NCBI GenBank assembly: GCA_947458095.1
Contig: CANGYO010000002.1
Location: 919 to 64,918 of the forward strand
Direction: 5' to 3'
Length of the DNA: 64,000 nt
From: Vampirovibrionales bacterium
Lineage (GTDB): Bacteria > Cyanobacteriota > Vampirovibrionia > Vampirovibrionales > JAJTHC01
Shown: one piece after another, positions 55,610-64,000 of the stretch
Layout of the letters: every line of letters begins with the position of its first letter
How positions within the stretch are numbered: the first letter of the stretch is position 1
Notes under the pieces: generated by a model
Database searches by the model: none
Seen by the model: the letters and a program-made list of their open reading frames with translations, nothing else
Told to the model about the DNA's origin: nothing
Translations under genes and position numbers: made by a program

Positions 55610-56989
55610 TCAAACGGACGGTTGAATGTAGCCTTTTCCCATTGAAGAAGGTTTACCCGCTTGGCGAACTTGGCTGATTTTTTCCGCATAGTTGACCCGC
55701 TGATGATGGATAGCACTTAAGCCTTTTGTAAACGACTTCTTGATTTTCCAGATTTCTTGCATGGTAATGGGGCATTCATCAAACTGACCGTCTTCAATGC
55801 GTTGCTTAAAAATGACTTCTAGCAAGGCATCCACTTGATCGGGGGTGGGGGCATTCAAGGCACGCACAGCGGATTCTGCGGCATCGGCGAGCATGACAAT
55901 CGCTGTTTCACGGGTCTGTGGTTTAGGCCCTGAATAGCGAAACTGGGCTTTGGTCACATGTCCCTTGCCTTCTTCTTTAAGGGCTTGAGCATAAAAATAG
56001 CCACAAATCAGCGTGCCGTGATGTTCAGGCATAAAGGCTTGAATGGCATCAGGCAGTTTGTACTCTTCACCAAGCTTCATGCCGTCAATCGGGTGAGCCG
56101 TCACAATGAGCTTGCTCATACGAGGGTTTAAATAGTCATGCGGATTCGACACCCCAAAATAGGCTTGATTTTCAATAAAATAAATCGGACGCTTCATTTT
56201 ACCGATGTCATGGTACAAGCACCCCACACGAGTCAACAAGCCGTTGGCATGAATATCATCCGACGCCTGTTCCGACAACGTCGCCAATAACAAGCTATGG
56301 TGAAAGGTTCCAGGGGCTTCAACTTGCAGACGCTTAATCAAGGGATGATCCAAGTTTGACAGCTCTAACAACGTCAAAGACGACAAAAAGTTAAAGAGAT
56401 ATTCAAGGGCTGGAGACAATCCCACGGACAAGAAAAAGGGCAAGACGCTGGCGAATCCACCTGAAATAATAAAAGAACTTAAGGAAAGTTTGTCTAAACT
56501 TGGGTAGATGAAAAGTAGGTTCACCAGCACGATGCCTCCCCAAAAGAAGGTGGATTTGACCAAGTCCCCACGGGCTTTGACGACGCCTCGCTTATAGAAA
56601 AAGTAATTTTGAAGCGACACGCTCATAAACCATAGCACCCACAAGGTATGGCTCACTTCCGAAGGCAAAAGCAATAAAAAGCCCAAGAACGCCAGCAAGA
56701 CGGACGCTGATCGGCGAGGGACATCCACCACATAGGTACAAAAGCTAAACGTGGCACTAATCGCCAACACCATTAAATAAAGATAAGGCGACTTCATAAA
56801 AGCAAGGGCGACATAGGTCATCGTCACAAAACTGACGATGAAATACGCCCGTTGCCTGCCTTTTAGGGTAGGAAAGCTAAACCATAGCCACGCCACCGCC
56901 ATGAGCGTGTACAAGACCAACGGTAAAATAGTCAATAGCCCATTGGCATCAGGGGCAAGGCTTTCAAGGGTTACGGTGCTTACGCCCAT
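55610..56989 (-). CDS. 7TM-HD (PgpH-like) membrane phosphohydrolase
   Basis: Seven hydrophobic segments followed by HD-domain motifs HHSLLLATL and YHDIGKMKRPIYFIENQ. Confidence 0.85.
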   Translation of the reverse strand: MGVSTVTLESLAPDANGLLTILPLVLYTLMAVAWLWFSFPTLKGRQRAYFIVSFVTMTYVALAFMKSPYLYLMVLAISATFSFCTYVVDVPRRSASVLLAFLGFLLLLPSEVSHTLWVLWFMSVSLQNYFFYKRGVVKARGDLVKSTFFWGGIVLVNLLFIYPSLDKLSLSSFIISGGFASVLPFFLSVGLSPALEYLFNFLSSLTLLELSNLDHPLIKRLQVEAPGTFHHSLLLATLSEQASDDIHANGLLTRVGCLYHDIGKMKRPIYFIENQAYFGVSNPHDYLNPRMSKLIVTAHPIDGMKLGEEYKLPDAIQAFMPEHHGTLICGYFYAQALKEEGKGHVTKAQFRYSGPKPQTRETAIVMLADAAESAVRALNAPTPDQVDALLEVIFKQRIEDGQFDECPITMQEIWKIKKSFTKGLSAIHHQRVNYAEKISQVRQAGKPSSMGKGYIQPSV

Positions 56990-57140
56990 TTAGGCATCCT
57001 TTTTTTCGTATACAAATGGATTGTACCATAGAAAACGTCAATATTTTTGCAGTTGAACATGTTTACCTTGTTTGAGGTACACTAAGCTTTATTCTTAGCT
57101 TTATTCTTAGTCAATTCAACCTAATTTGGAGACGCTCTTC

Positions 57141-59078
57141 ATGTCAAATCCCCATCCCGAACCCATTGCCATTTTAGATTGTGGGGCTCAATACACCAAA
57201 GTCATCGATCGCCGTTTACGACAAATGAACGTGGAATCAATGATCTACCCCATCGATGTTCACGCATCTGTCTTGCAAGACGCTGGCATTAAAGGGATTA
57301 TCCTCAGCGGAGGACCTCACTCGGTCTATGACGCAGGGTCTCCGCAGTGTGACGGGGGCATTTTCGATCTAAACGTGCCAGTTCTAGGCATTTGCTACGG
57401 CATGCAGTTGATGACCCAACATTTCGGAGGCATCGTGGAAAGTTGTTCTCGCAAAGAATACGGCGAAACCGAAATCTCAGTGGATACGACAAGCCCTCTC
57501 TTTAAAGGCTTAAGCACCACGCAACATGTGTTGATGAGTCATGGCGACAGCGTCACACAACTCGGCGAAGGCTTTGTGGCGATTGCCGAATCCGTGTCTG
57601 AAGAAGCAGGCAAAACGGTGAACGTCCATGCAGGGATTGCTCACCAAAGCAAGCCGTTTTACGGCGTGCAGTTTCACCCTGAAGTGGAACTTAGCACCGA
57701 AGGCACTGCCATGCTCGAACGCTTTTTATTCGACATTTGTCACCTTTCAGGATCCTTCAAATTGGCGGATCGCCTCGAAGCCATGCTGGCTGAACTCAAG
57801 GCTCACGTGCAGGATCGTCCTGTCTTTGTGCTAGTCAGTGGCGGTGTGGATTCATCGGTGGTGGCGGCAGCCTTGATTAAAGCCCTGCCTAGTGAACAAG
57901 TCTATGCCGTGCATATCAACACGGGCTTGATGCGTCAAGATGAAAGCGATCTCGTTTGCGATGCCCTTCAAGCCATTGGCTTGACGCATCTTAAACGCTT
58001 GGATGCTCAAGACTTTTTCCTCGATTTCACCACGCTCGACGATGCAGGCCATACGATTGGGCCTTTGAAAGACGCCACCGATCCTGAAGAAAAACGCCGT
58101 CTCATTGGCGATGCCTTTTTCCGTCTGATTGATGCGGAAATGAAAGCCACGCTTGAAGAAGCAGGCGTTAGTGCGGATGATGTCTTGCTCGCTCAAGGGA
58201 CGCTACGCCCTGATTTGATTGAAAGTGGGAACAAGGACGTTTCTAAAACGGCTCAAAAAATCAAGACGCATCACAATGATGTCCCCCTCATTCAAGCCCA
58301 GCGTGAAAAAGGCTTGATTGTGGAACCCAACCGTGACTTGCATAAGGATGAAGTCCGCCAAGTGGGACGTTTGCTCGGCTTGCCTGAAGCCTTGGTCATT
58401 CGTCAGCCTTTCCCTGGTCCAGGTTTGGGCGTACGGATGCTCTGTGCCAATACCGCTTATGGCTTAGATGCTTACGATACGCTGAATGTGGATCTTCAAC
58501 ATGTGGCGAGTGAGTTTAAGTTGCAAGCCGTTTTATTGCCTGTTCGCACCGTCGGCGTGCAAGGCGACGGACGCACCTATAGCTATGTCGCAGCGATTGA
58601 AGCCGAAGATTTTGACAGCATCCACGGCTTTAAAGCCGTGCGTCATGCGGCACGAGAACTCACCAACCGCCTGCCCTTGATTAACCGCATCGCCCTCAAC
58701 ATTGCCCCGTCTCGTGCGTTGGCAAGCTCGATTAAGACGATTACGCCCACCACGCTCACGCCTGAAGCGATTGCTCAATTGCAAGACTGGGATGCTCATG
58801 TGACGGCTTACACGATGGCCCATGCCGATTTTAACGCCATTAGTCAGTTGCTTGCCGTGATGTTGCCTGTGGCGATAGACGGCGTCGGCAGTCGTTCGTT
58901 GGCGGTTCGAGCGGTGGTGACCAGTGACTTTATGACGGCTCGACCAGCTCTCGTCGGGCAGGAATTGCCTGAAGGCTTTTTGTCGGGTTTGGGTCGACAC
59001 TTACTGGGACTCGCTGGGGTAGGGCATGTGTTTTACGACATCACCAGCAAGCCCCCTGCCACGGTGGAGTGGGAGTAA
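57141..59078 (+). CDS. guaA: GMP synthase (glutamine-hydrolysing), long eukaryote-type form
   Basis: GATase motif GICYGMQ, PP-loop VSGGVDSSV, LAQGTLRPDLIES...KTHHND and terminal TSKPPATVEWE. 645 aa from ATG 57141 (RBS GGAGA). Confidence 0.93.
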   Translation: MSNPHPEPIAILDCGAQYTKVIDRRLRQMNVESMIYPIDVHASVLQDAGIKGIILSGGPHSVYDAGSPQCDGGIFDLNVPVLGICYGMQLMTQHFGGIVESCSRKEYGETEISVDTTSPLFKGLSTTQHVLMSHGDSVTQLGEGFVAIAESVSEEAGKTVNVHAGIAHQSKPFYGVQFHPEVELSTEGTAMLERFLFDICHLSGSFKLADRLEAMLAELKAHVQDRPVFVLVSGGVDSSVVAAALIKALPSEQVYAVHINTGLMRQDESDLVCDALQAIGLTHLKRLDAQDFFLDFTTLDDAGHTIGPLKDATDPEEKRRLIGDAFFRLIDAEMKATLEEAGVSADDVLLAQGTLRPDLIESGNKDVSKTAQKIKTHHNDVPLIQAQREKGLIVEPNRDLHKDEVRQVGRLLGLPEALVIRQPFPGPGLGVRMLCANTAYGLDAYDTLNVDLQHVASEFKLQAVLLPVRTVGVQGDGRTYSYVAAIEAEDFDSIHGFKAVRHAARELTNRLPLINRIALNIAPSRALASSIKTITPTTLTPEAIAQLQDWDAHVTAYTMAHADFNAISQLLAVMLPVAIDGVGSRSLAVRAVVTSDFMTARPALVGQELPEGFLSGLGRHLLGLAGVGHVFYDITSKPPATVEWE

Positions 59079-59120
59079 TATAGCAGTCTTTATCTAAAAA
59101 GACTTGTATTTCTATTCAAA

Positions 59121-59140
59121 ATTAGTTAAACTAATATAAT
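59121..59140 (+). promoter_or_regulatory. 15-bp perfect palindrome overlapping a TATAAT box (candidate higBA operator/promoter)
   Basis: ATTAGTTAAACTAAT at 59121-59135; TATAAT at 59135-59140. Confidence 0.4.
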
Positions 59141-59157
59141 CCACAGTGGAGTATAAA

Positions 59158-59439
59158 ATGCTTGAAATCATCTTTAGCAAACGTGCTGAAAAAGATCTTG
59201 GAAAAGCACCCAAAGCTATCCAAGAAAAAGTCTTACAATGGAAAACACTCGTGGAACGACTCGGACTATTTCTAACACGCCAAACCATGAAAGGCTTGCA
59301 TGACGAACCCTTAAGCGGTCAACGAAAAGGACAACGCTCGATTCGTCTTAATAAGCAATGGCGATTGATTTACGAAGAAAAAACAGGAATCCTTATTGAA
59401 ATACAGGAGCTTACAGCCCATGACTACCGCACCCGATGA
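59158..59439 (+). CDS. higB: RelE/ParE-superfamily toxin, HigB-like
   Basis: About 93 aa. GQRKGQRSIRLNKQWRLIYE and a terminal AHDY motif are typical of HigB killer proteins. GTG at 59146 is an alternative start. Confidence 0.75.
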   Translation: MLEIIFSKRAEKDLGKAPKAIQEKVLQWKTLVERLGLFLTRQTMKGLHDEPLSGQRKGQRSIRLNKQWRLIYEEKTGILIEIQELTAHDYRTR

Positions 59440-59776
59440 CGCACAAAATACACGCCCTGCGAATGAGGTTTTTACCACGTTAGGTTGGGACGTTTCTGAA
59501 ACATGGACGCTTGGTCGGCACTTGCGAGTGTCCCGCCAAGCAGAAGGCTGGACGCTGGCAGAAGTGGCTCAACGGGTGGGCTGTTCACCACAGCGTTTGA
59601 GCGATTATGAGCATGGTAAACGTTTGCCTAGCTTGCGAACCATTTTAAAATTAGCGACGGCTTTTGAGTTTGCTCCATCCTTTTTCTTACAGCTATGGGT
59701 AGAAGAACAACTCAAAAAAGAAGGCGTCACTGCCGAACAAGTCGGGCTGAACCTAGCGGTAAAGTGGACGGCTTAA
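59420..59776 (+). CDS. higA: XRE-family HTH antitoxin, HigA-like
   Basis: HTH segment WTLAEVAQRVGCSPQRLSDYEHGKRLPSL. ATG at 59420 follows CAGGAG and overlaps the higB end by 20 nt. Confidence 0.75.
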   Translation: MTTAPDDAQNTRPANEVFTTLGWDVSETWTLGRHLRVSRQAEGWTLAEVAQRVGCSPQRLSDYEHGKRLPSLRTILKLATAFEFAPSFFLQLWVEEQLKKEGVTAEQVGLNLAVKWTA

Positions 59777-60223
59777 ATGAGCATTTACATCGGCATGGAT
59801 TATGGCAAAAAACGCATTGGCGTTGCCTATTGCGACGACAGCGAAACGTTTTGCTTTGGCTTGCCCACACTCCTAAGAACGAAAGTCCCCCTTGCTGAAA
59901 CCCTCAACCAAGTGCTAGCCCTCATCGATGCCAAAAAAGCCGTGGCTCTGGTCATGGGCTTGCCTCGCAACATGGATGGCTCTGAAGGCTTTATGGCAGA
60001 CGCCGTCTATGACTTTGCCGACGCCTTATTAGAAGCTCGTCCTGAACTACTGGTTTATCTGCTGGATGAACGACTCACCTCTAAAATAGCCGAACAACAT
60101 ATTCGTGAATCGGGTAAAGCCCCAAGTCGTCACAAGGGACTGATTGATGAAGAGGCGGCTCGTGGGATTTTGGCAGATTTTCTCAAAACGCCCCTTGAAC
60201 GCCGTAATCGTTATGAGCTGTGA
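59777..60223 (+). CDS. ruvX: Holliday junction resolvase-like RuvX (YqgF)
   Basis: IGMDYGKKRIGVAYCD, LPRNMDGSEG and DERLTS motifs. Confidence 0.9.
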   Translation: MSIYIGMDYGKKRIGVAYCDDSETFCFGLPTLLRTKVPLAETLNQVLALIDAKKAVALVMGLPRNMDGSEGFMADAVYDFADALLEARPELLVYLLDERLTSKIAEQHIRESGKAPSRHKGLIDEEAARGILADFLKTPLERRNRYEL

Positions 60224-60292
60224 TGTGTTTTGAATGATTTCAGCATGCTTGTTCTATAATAAGAACAGCTCATTCAAAAAGGACGCTCCCCC

Positions 60293-61486
60293 ATGCCTAA
60301 AATACTCAAGACCATTCCCCTTCTCAAGCCCTTTCAATCCTATGATCTGCCCACCCCCGATGCCAAAATCGGGATACTCTTCTTCAATCTCGGTGGCCCT
60401 GACGATCAAGCCAGCGTCCAGCCCTTCTTGCAAAACTTGTTTAAAGACAACGACATTATTCAACTGCCTGTACCACAATGGGTGCAAAACCTCTTTGCGT
60501 GGCGTGTGTCTCGAAAACGCAAAAAAGAAGCCCAAGAAAATTACGCCAAAATCGGCGGGGGCTCCCCTATTTTAAGGCTGACGCAAGAACAAATGCAGTT
60601 GGTGCAAGCACAACTCACGCCAGCCTTTCAAGCCAAAGGCTTTGCTCCCCCTAAAACGTATTTGGCGATGCGATATTGGCATCCGTTTTTAGAAGAAGCC
60701 CTCGCTCAAATCCAAGCGGACGGCATCACGCATTTAATGCTCATGCCCCTGTATCCGCATTATTGTTTGGCGACAACAGGTTCTAGCTTGCGTGAGTTTT
60801 CGCAATTGTTGAGTCAGTCCAAGTGGCGTCCTTTGGCGGATTCGCTCAATATAGCGACGGTTTGTAGCTATTATAAAGAACCTCGCTTTTTAGAAGCGGT
60901 GGCATCGACCCTTCAAAAAGCCTTTGACGAAAAAAGATGGAACGCCCCTTTAGAAGATCGTCATGTTGTTTTTTCGGCTCACGGCATTCCCAAAGACTAC
61001 GCCCACAAAAATAAGGATCCTTACCCGACGCAGATCCGTGAATCGTGCGAATTATTGATGCAACAGTATTTCCCGCATAATTCATGGGAAATCTGTTGGC
61101 AAAGTCGAGTCGGCCCTTTAGAATGGCTGAAACCTTATACGGAAGATTTGGCTGAAACCTTGGCTCAAGCAGGGCGAGACAATGTGCTAATGGTGCCGAT
61201 TAGCTTTGTGAGCGATCACATTGAAACGCTCTTTGAAATGGATATGCTGTATGTGCCTGTGGGGGCGAAATACGGATTGGAACATTGGCATCGTGCGGAA
61301 AGTTTGAATGAGCATCCTGTTTTTATTGATTTGTTGAGTGAGCTTTGCTTGCGTTTGCTAGATTCGCCGTTGTTGTGCAAGGTGCAATTCCCTGAAGATT
61401 TGACGATCCCTAAGGCTCCCAAAGTCTGTGCGACCTTGCATAGTCGAAACGCATCCGCAGGGCAGAAGTATGAAAGAGTTAGGTGA
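60293..61486 (+). CDS. hemH: ferrochelatase
   Basis: GILFFNLGGPD, MRYWHP, SAHGIP and SFVSDHIETL motifs. Confidence 0.93.
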   Translation: MPKILKTIPLLKPFQSYDLPTPDAKIGILFFNLGGPDDQASVQPFLQNLFKDNDIIQLPVPQWVQNLFAWRVSRKRKKEAQENYAKIGGGSPILRLTQEQMQLVQAQLTPAFQAKGFAPPKTYLAMRYWHPFLEEALAQIQADGITHLMLMPLYPHYCLATTGSSLREFSQLLSQSKWRPLADSLNIATVCSYYKEPRFLEAVASTLQKAFDEKRWNAPLEDRHVVFSAHGIPKDYAHKNKDPYPTQIRESCELLMQQYFPHNSWEICWQSRVGPLEWLKPYTEDLAETLAQAGRDNVLMVPISFVSDHIETLFEMDMLYVPVGAKYGLEHWHRAESLNEHPVFIDLLSELCLRLLDSPLLCKVQFPEDLTIPKAPKVCATLHSRNASAGQKYERVR

Positions 61487-61515
61487 CATAAGGGATCACA
61501 CCCATCACCAAATTA

Positions 61516-61665
61516 TATAGTGTTCGATAGATAAAACGGTCTATGGTCTCTTCGTTGTCGCTACGATTTTTTTGTTTGGTTATGTAGGTCTGTCTACACG
61601 CCCTCACAAAAAAATCTAGGCTCCTAGAATAGCCTCATAGCCTGTTTCATCTATCGAACACTATA
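61516..61665. mobile_element. variant element: same core as the 146-bp family but with different 17-bp perfect TIRs
   Basis: TATAGTGTTCGATAGAT at 61516-61532 and its exact complement at 61649-61665. The core carries CTTCGTTGTCGCT, the GATTTTTTTGT/ACAAAAAAATC stem and GGCTCCTAGAAT. Confidence 0.8.
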
Positions 61666-61670
61666 GCTGA

Positions 61671-61692
61671 TACCATTTAAACGGGTGAATAG
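61671..61692. mobile_element. truncated left end of a 146-bp family copy
   Basis: TACCATTTAAACGGGTGAATAG matches the first 22 nt of the copy at 15165, except for one base. Confidence 0.6.
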
Positions 61693-62041
61693 TATGAAAA
61701 AGCCTATTATATAAAATAGCCTCGTTTTGCGGTGTGACCCAAAGGTTTGGAGACCCCTGTAAAAACAACAGGTGGGTGCCTTAAGCTGGATCGCTGTTTC
61801 CAACCGTGAGAAAATCTCAACCGCCTCTATCAAAAGGGGTGTTGGTCTACGTTGACACAGACGTCGTCAGGCTCCCGAGGTTCATAAATGTAGAGTCCAA
61901 ACTATTGAACGCCACACCCGAGGCTATGTTGCTATTGTGACAAAGTTTCCCCAAAAGTTCAACCCCCCAATTTCAATCGCTTCTTTTTTGTGTTTACGAT
62001 ATACTCATGTTCATATCATTTTTTGACATGGAACCTGCTTG

Positions 62042-63358
62042 ATGAAACTTTTTTGTACCCTGCTTGCCCTACTCTTGAGCCTGTTTTCCTTGCCCTTTGC
62101 GTCTGCAGAAGCAAGTAGCCCTCCCGTTCTAGAAACAGGAAAGTCGGGGCATCGTGTTCACTTAAACCACTTGTACGCCTTTGACGCCGAAGCTCTAGGC
62201 AATCGAACCCCCTTGCTCCTCGTACCAGGTCGAGCGCAAGAAGGGCAGCGGAATCCGTGGTGGCGAAAGTTTGAAACCCGTTGGAAAACGCAAGCCGACT
62301 TACCGTCACGCTACAAGCTTTACATTTTCATGTATGATTCCACCCAAAAGCTGGAAATCCCCACCCACGAATTTCGTCAAGACTTTCACCACTTTGTAAA
62401 AATGCTGGGGCAAGATGCCCCTAAAACGGTCTTACTGACCTATAGCCAAGGGGGCTTGATCGTGCGGGACGCCTTCATGCAAGAACCTGATCTTATACGT
62501 TCTGTGGACACCATTTTCGGCATGAGCGTTCCCTATCAAGGCACGCCCTTGTTTGACGAAAGCTGGATTAGTCAAAACCTTAGCCACTATTCACCCATTC
62601 GCCGTGGCATGGACAAAGTGATTTACGAGCTTTCCATTAAAAACAAACGGCACTTGATTAAAGACATGTTATTTGTGAACTTTGACACATCTAAACCCAA
62701 GTACAGTAAGCCTGTTAAGCCCTTTGGCTTGATCCGTCGTAACGCTGTGGAGCTGGATCCTAAACCGCCGAAGTGGGTAGAATCGACCAGCCCTGACCTG
62801 CGAGCGTTTAAAAGCAAACTGGTTGTGTACGGCAGTTATTTGAAGTCGCAGTACAGTGAACATGGCAAAGAAGGACGACTCATCGACGATTTGACGACCT
62901 TTGGCACCATTGCACGGCTGAACAATTTGGTATTAGGGGCGATTTACCCGACTTATATCCCAAGCGTGCATCGAGCGTTTGAGTTTACAGGGCGTCAAAT
63001 GGCTCAATTGCCTGTGGCGAATGTGACGAACTATAATAAGCCTAAGCGTTACCCTCGTGGGCATGGGCATCCCTTTCGCTTTAACGACGGCTTCATTCCT
63101 GCCAGTTCCTTGTTTTACCTACCTGTGCGGAATAGACCTTATACGGAATACATTGGCGTGTTTCCGCAATTGTGGGATATTTGTGGCGGACGGTTTTTAG
63201 AAGACTTGGATCATGTGGATCTCGGGCATTACCGCTTCCCTGAATTTCCCCTAAAAAAGCGGGATGTGTTTCATGGCAACGAGCCTGCTCGTAAGCCGAT
63301 CGACTGGCTTTTTGAAGACCTGCGTCGTTTGCATACGAGCGAGGGTTTTCGTTGCTAG
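62042..63358 (+). CDS. secreted alpha/beta-hydrolase (lipase/LCAT-like)
   Basis: Signal peptide LLALLLSLFSLPFASA and GxSxG-type motif LLTYSQGGLIV. Confidence 0.55.
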   Translation: MKLFCTLLALLLSLFSLPFASAEASSPPVLETGKSGHRVHLNHLYAFDAEALGNRTPLLLVPGRAQEGQRNPWWRKFETRWKTQADLPSRYKLYIFMYDSTQKLEIPTHEFRQDFHHFVKMLGQDAPKTVLLTYSQGGLIVRDAFMQEPDLIRSVDTIFGMSVPYQGTPLFDESWISQNLSHYSPIRRGMDKVIYELSIKNKRHLIKDMLFVNFDTSKPKYSKPVKPFGLIRRNAVELDPKPPKWVESTSPDLRAFKSKLVVYGSYLKSQYSEHGKEGRLIDDLTTFGTIARLNNLVLGAIYPTYIPSVHRAFEFTGRQMAQLPVANVTNYNKPKRYPRGHGHPFRFNDGFIPASSLFYLPVRNRPYTEYIGVFPQLWDICGGRFLEDLDHVDLGHYRFPEFPLKKRDVFHGNEPARKPIDWLFEDLRRLHTSEGFRC

Positions 63359-63363
63359 AGACA

Positions 63364-63398
63364 AGCCCTCTTTTATGCGAGGTGCATAAAAGAGGGCT
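63364..63398. terminator. strong hairpin between convergent genes
   Basis: Perfect 15-bp stem AGCCCTCTTTTATGC / GCATAAAAGAGGGCT with a 5-nt loop. Confidence 0.6.
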
Positions 63399-63424
63399 AA
63401 AGCCTGCATATGAAGAAACAGCCA

Positions 63425-63886
63425 TCAAGCCTGTTTGAGAAATGTTTCTAAGATGGTAGCAACTTCAGCCAATAGTTCTTGGCTTTGAGCGGGATGAGGC
63501 ACCTCTCTAACTATAAGAGCAGAAAGATCATAAAATTGCTGATTTTTATCACCATTTGATTGTTTGAATTGAGTGATTGCCTTCTCAACCTTTGCAGGAA
63601 TGTTCTTTCTAACTTCGCCCGCATTAATAAACCGTTGTAAGGCCTTGTCAGCTCCTCTCATTAGTTTTTGGATTTGAGATTCAATAGGTACATGTCGTAC
63701 TATCTCAGCGAGAAGATTGTAATGCTGAAGGTGTTTATCACCTTTTTGGGTGTTAAGTATAACGAATGCTCTCTGAACCTCTGGAGGAGTGCTCATACCG
63801 TTTCTGTGACTATCCGCCTTCAGAGCTTGCTGACGGGGGGGGGGGGCGTATCGTGAGAGTTGTAACATTAAAGTGTTACCTTTCAT
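63425..63886 (-). CDS. hypothetical protein with an internal duplication
   Basis: 153 aa. Two similar ~30-aa segments (KGDKHLQHYNLLAEIVRHVPIESQIQKLM and NGDKNQQFYDLSALIVREVPHPAQSQELL). In frame only with the present length of the homopolymer tract. Confidence 0.5.
   Translation of the reverse strand: MKGNTLMLQLSRYAPPPRQQALKADSHRNGMSTPPEVQRAFVILNTQKGDKHLQHYNLLAEIVRHVPIESQIQKLMRGADKALQRFINAGEVRKNIPAKVEKAITQFKQSNGDKNQQFYDLSALIVREVPHPAQSQELLAEVATILETFLKQA
63835..63846. repeat. G12 homopolymer (C12 on the coding strand) near the 5' end of the 63425..63886 ORF
   Basis: Read directly. Encodes A-P-P-P-R at codons 14-18. Confidence 0.95.
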
Positions 63887-63904
63887 AATTAACGGAACAT
63901 AGAG

Positions 63905-63922
63905 AAAAGCCGACTGGCTTTT
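63905..63922 (-). terminator. possible terminator of a gene to the right of the window
   Basis: AAAAGCC-GACT-GGCTTTT. On the minus strand it is followed by a TTTTCTCT run. Confidence 0.3.
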
Positions 63923-64000
63923 AATTAAATAGTATAGTAAAGAAAAATAGATGTCAAAGATAACGAAATTGTTACAAAATAAAAAGGGTGTTGACAGGAT

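Noticed and set aside
57085-57108. 12-bp tandem duplication AGCTTTATTCTT x2 in the 7TM-HD/guaA divergent region
   Set aside because: It is real but minimal (two units) with no further context, and is likely a simple slippage duplication.
61740-61880. Cobalamin-riboswitch-like string (GTGAGAAAATC, ACCGCC)
   Set aside because: Only a partial resemblance to the GGTGAAAATCC core. There is no convincing B12 box or flanking conserved helices, and the downstream gene (a lipase-like hydrolase) is not a typical B12-regulated target.

Overview
Gene-dense bacterial chromosomal segment: about 55 credible CDS, one tRNA, no rRNA, no CRISPR array. Most genes are housekeeping: radA, alaS, a cheA-cheW-cheB-cheR-cheY-cheX-cheY operon, dnaG, rpoD, glyA, a WecA/MraY-family transferase, a mitochondrial-type aconitase, nanE, a Xer-type recombinase, carB, mnmG, purA-hisS, skp, ssb, fliJ-fliK-rod/hook genes, a long eukaryote-type guaA, higBA, ruvX and hemH. 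The taxon cannot be assigned from this sequence alone; the gene content indicates a motile, chemotactic bacterium with a type IV pilin-like gene. Unusual signals: (1) a 146-bp TIR element with 3-bp TWA target duplications, four intact copies plus relics, whose internal hairpin is kept by compensatory changes and which also occurs with different termini. (2) An 80-nt palindromic hairpin repeat, six copies in two subtypes, two of which bracket nanE. (3) A nine-unit 22-bp tandem array with no spacers. (4) Long homopolymer tracts inside cheA (C11) and inside a small repeat-protein gene (G12), which are candidate phase-variation switches. (5) A 1178-aa protein with a prepilin leader next to a secreted thioredoxin-like gene. 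(6) A divergent RelA/SpoT-synthetase-like ORF. (7) A decayed IS5-family transposase. I found no multi-gene locus I can defend as a new defence or secretion system; the best candidates are listed with tests. All product calls rest on motif recognition by eye. No searches, folds or statistics were run.
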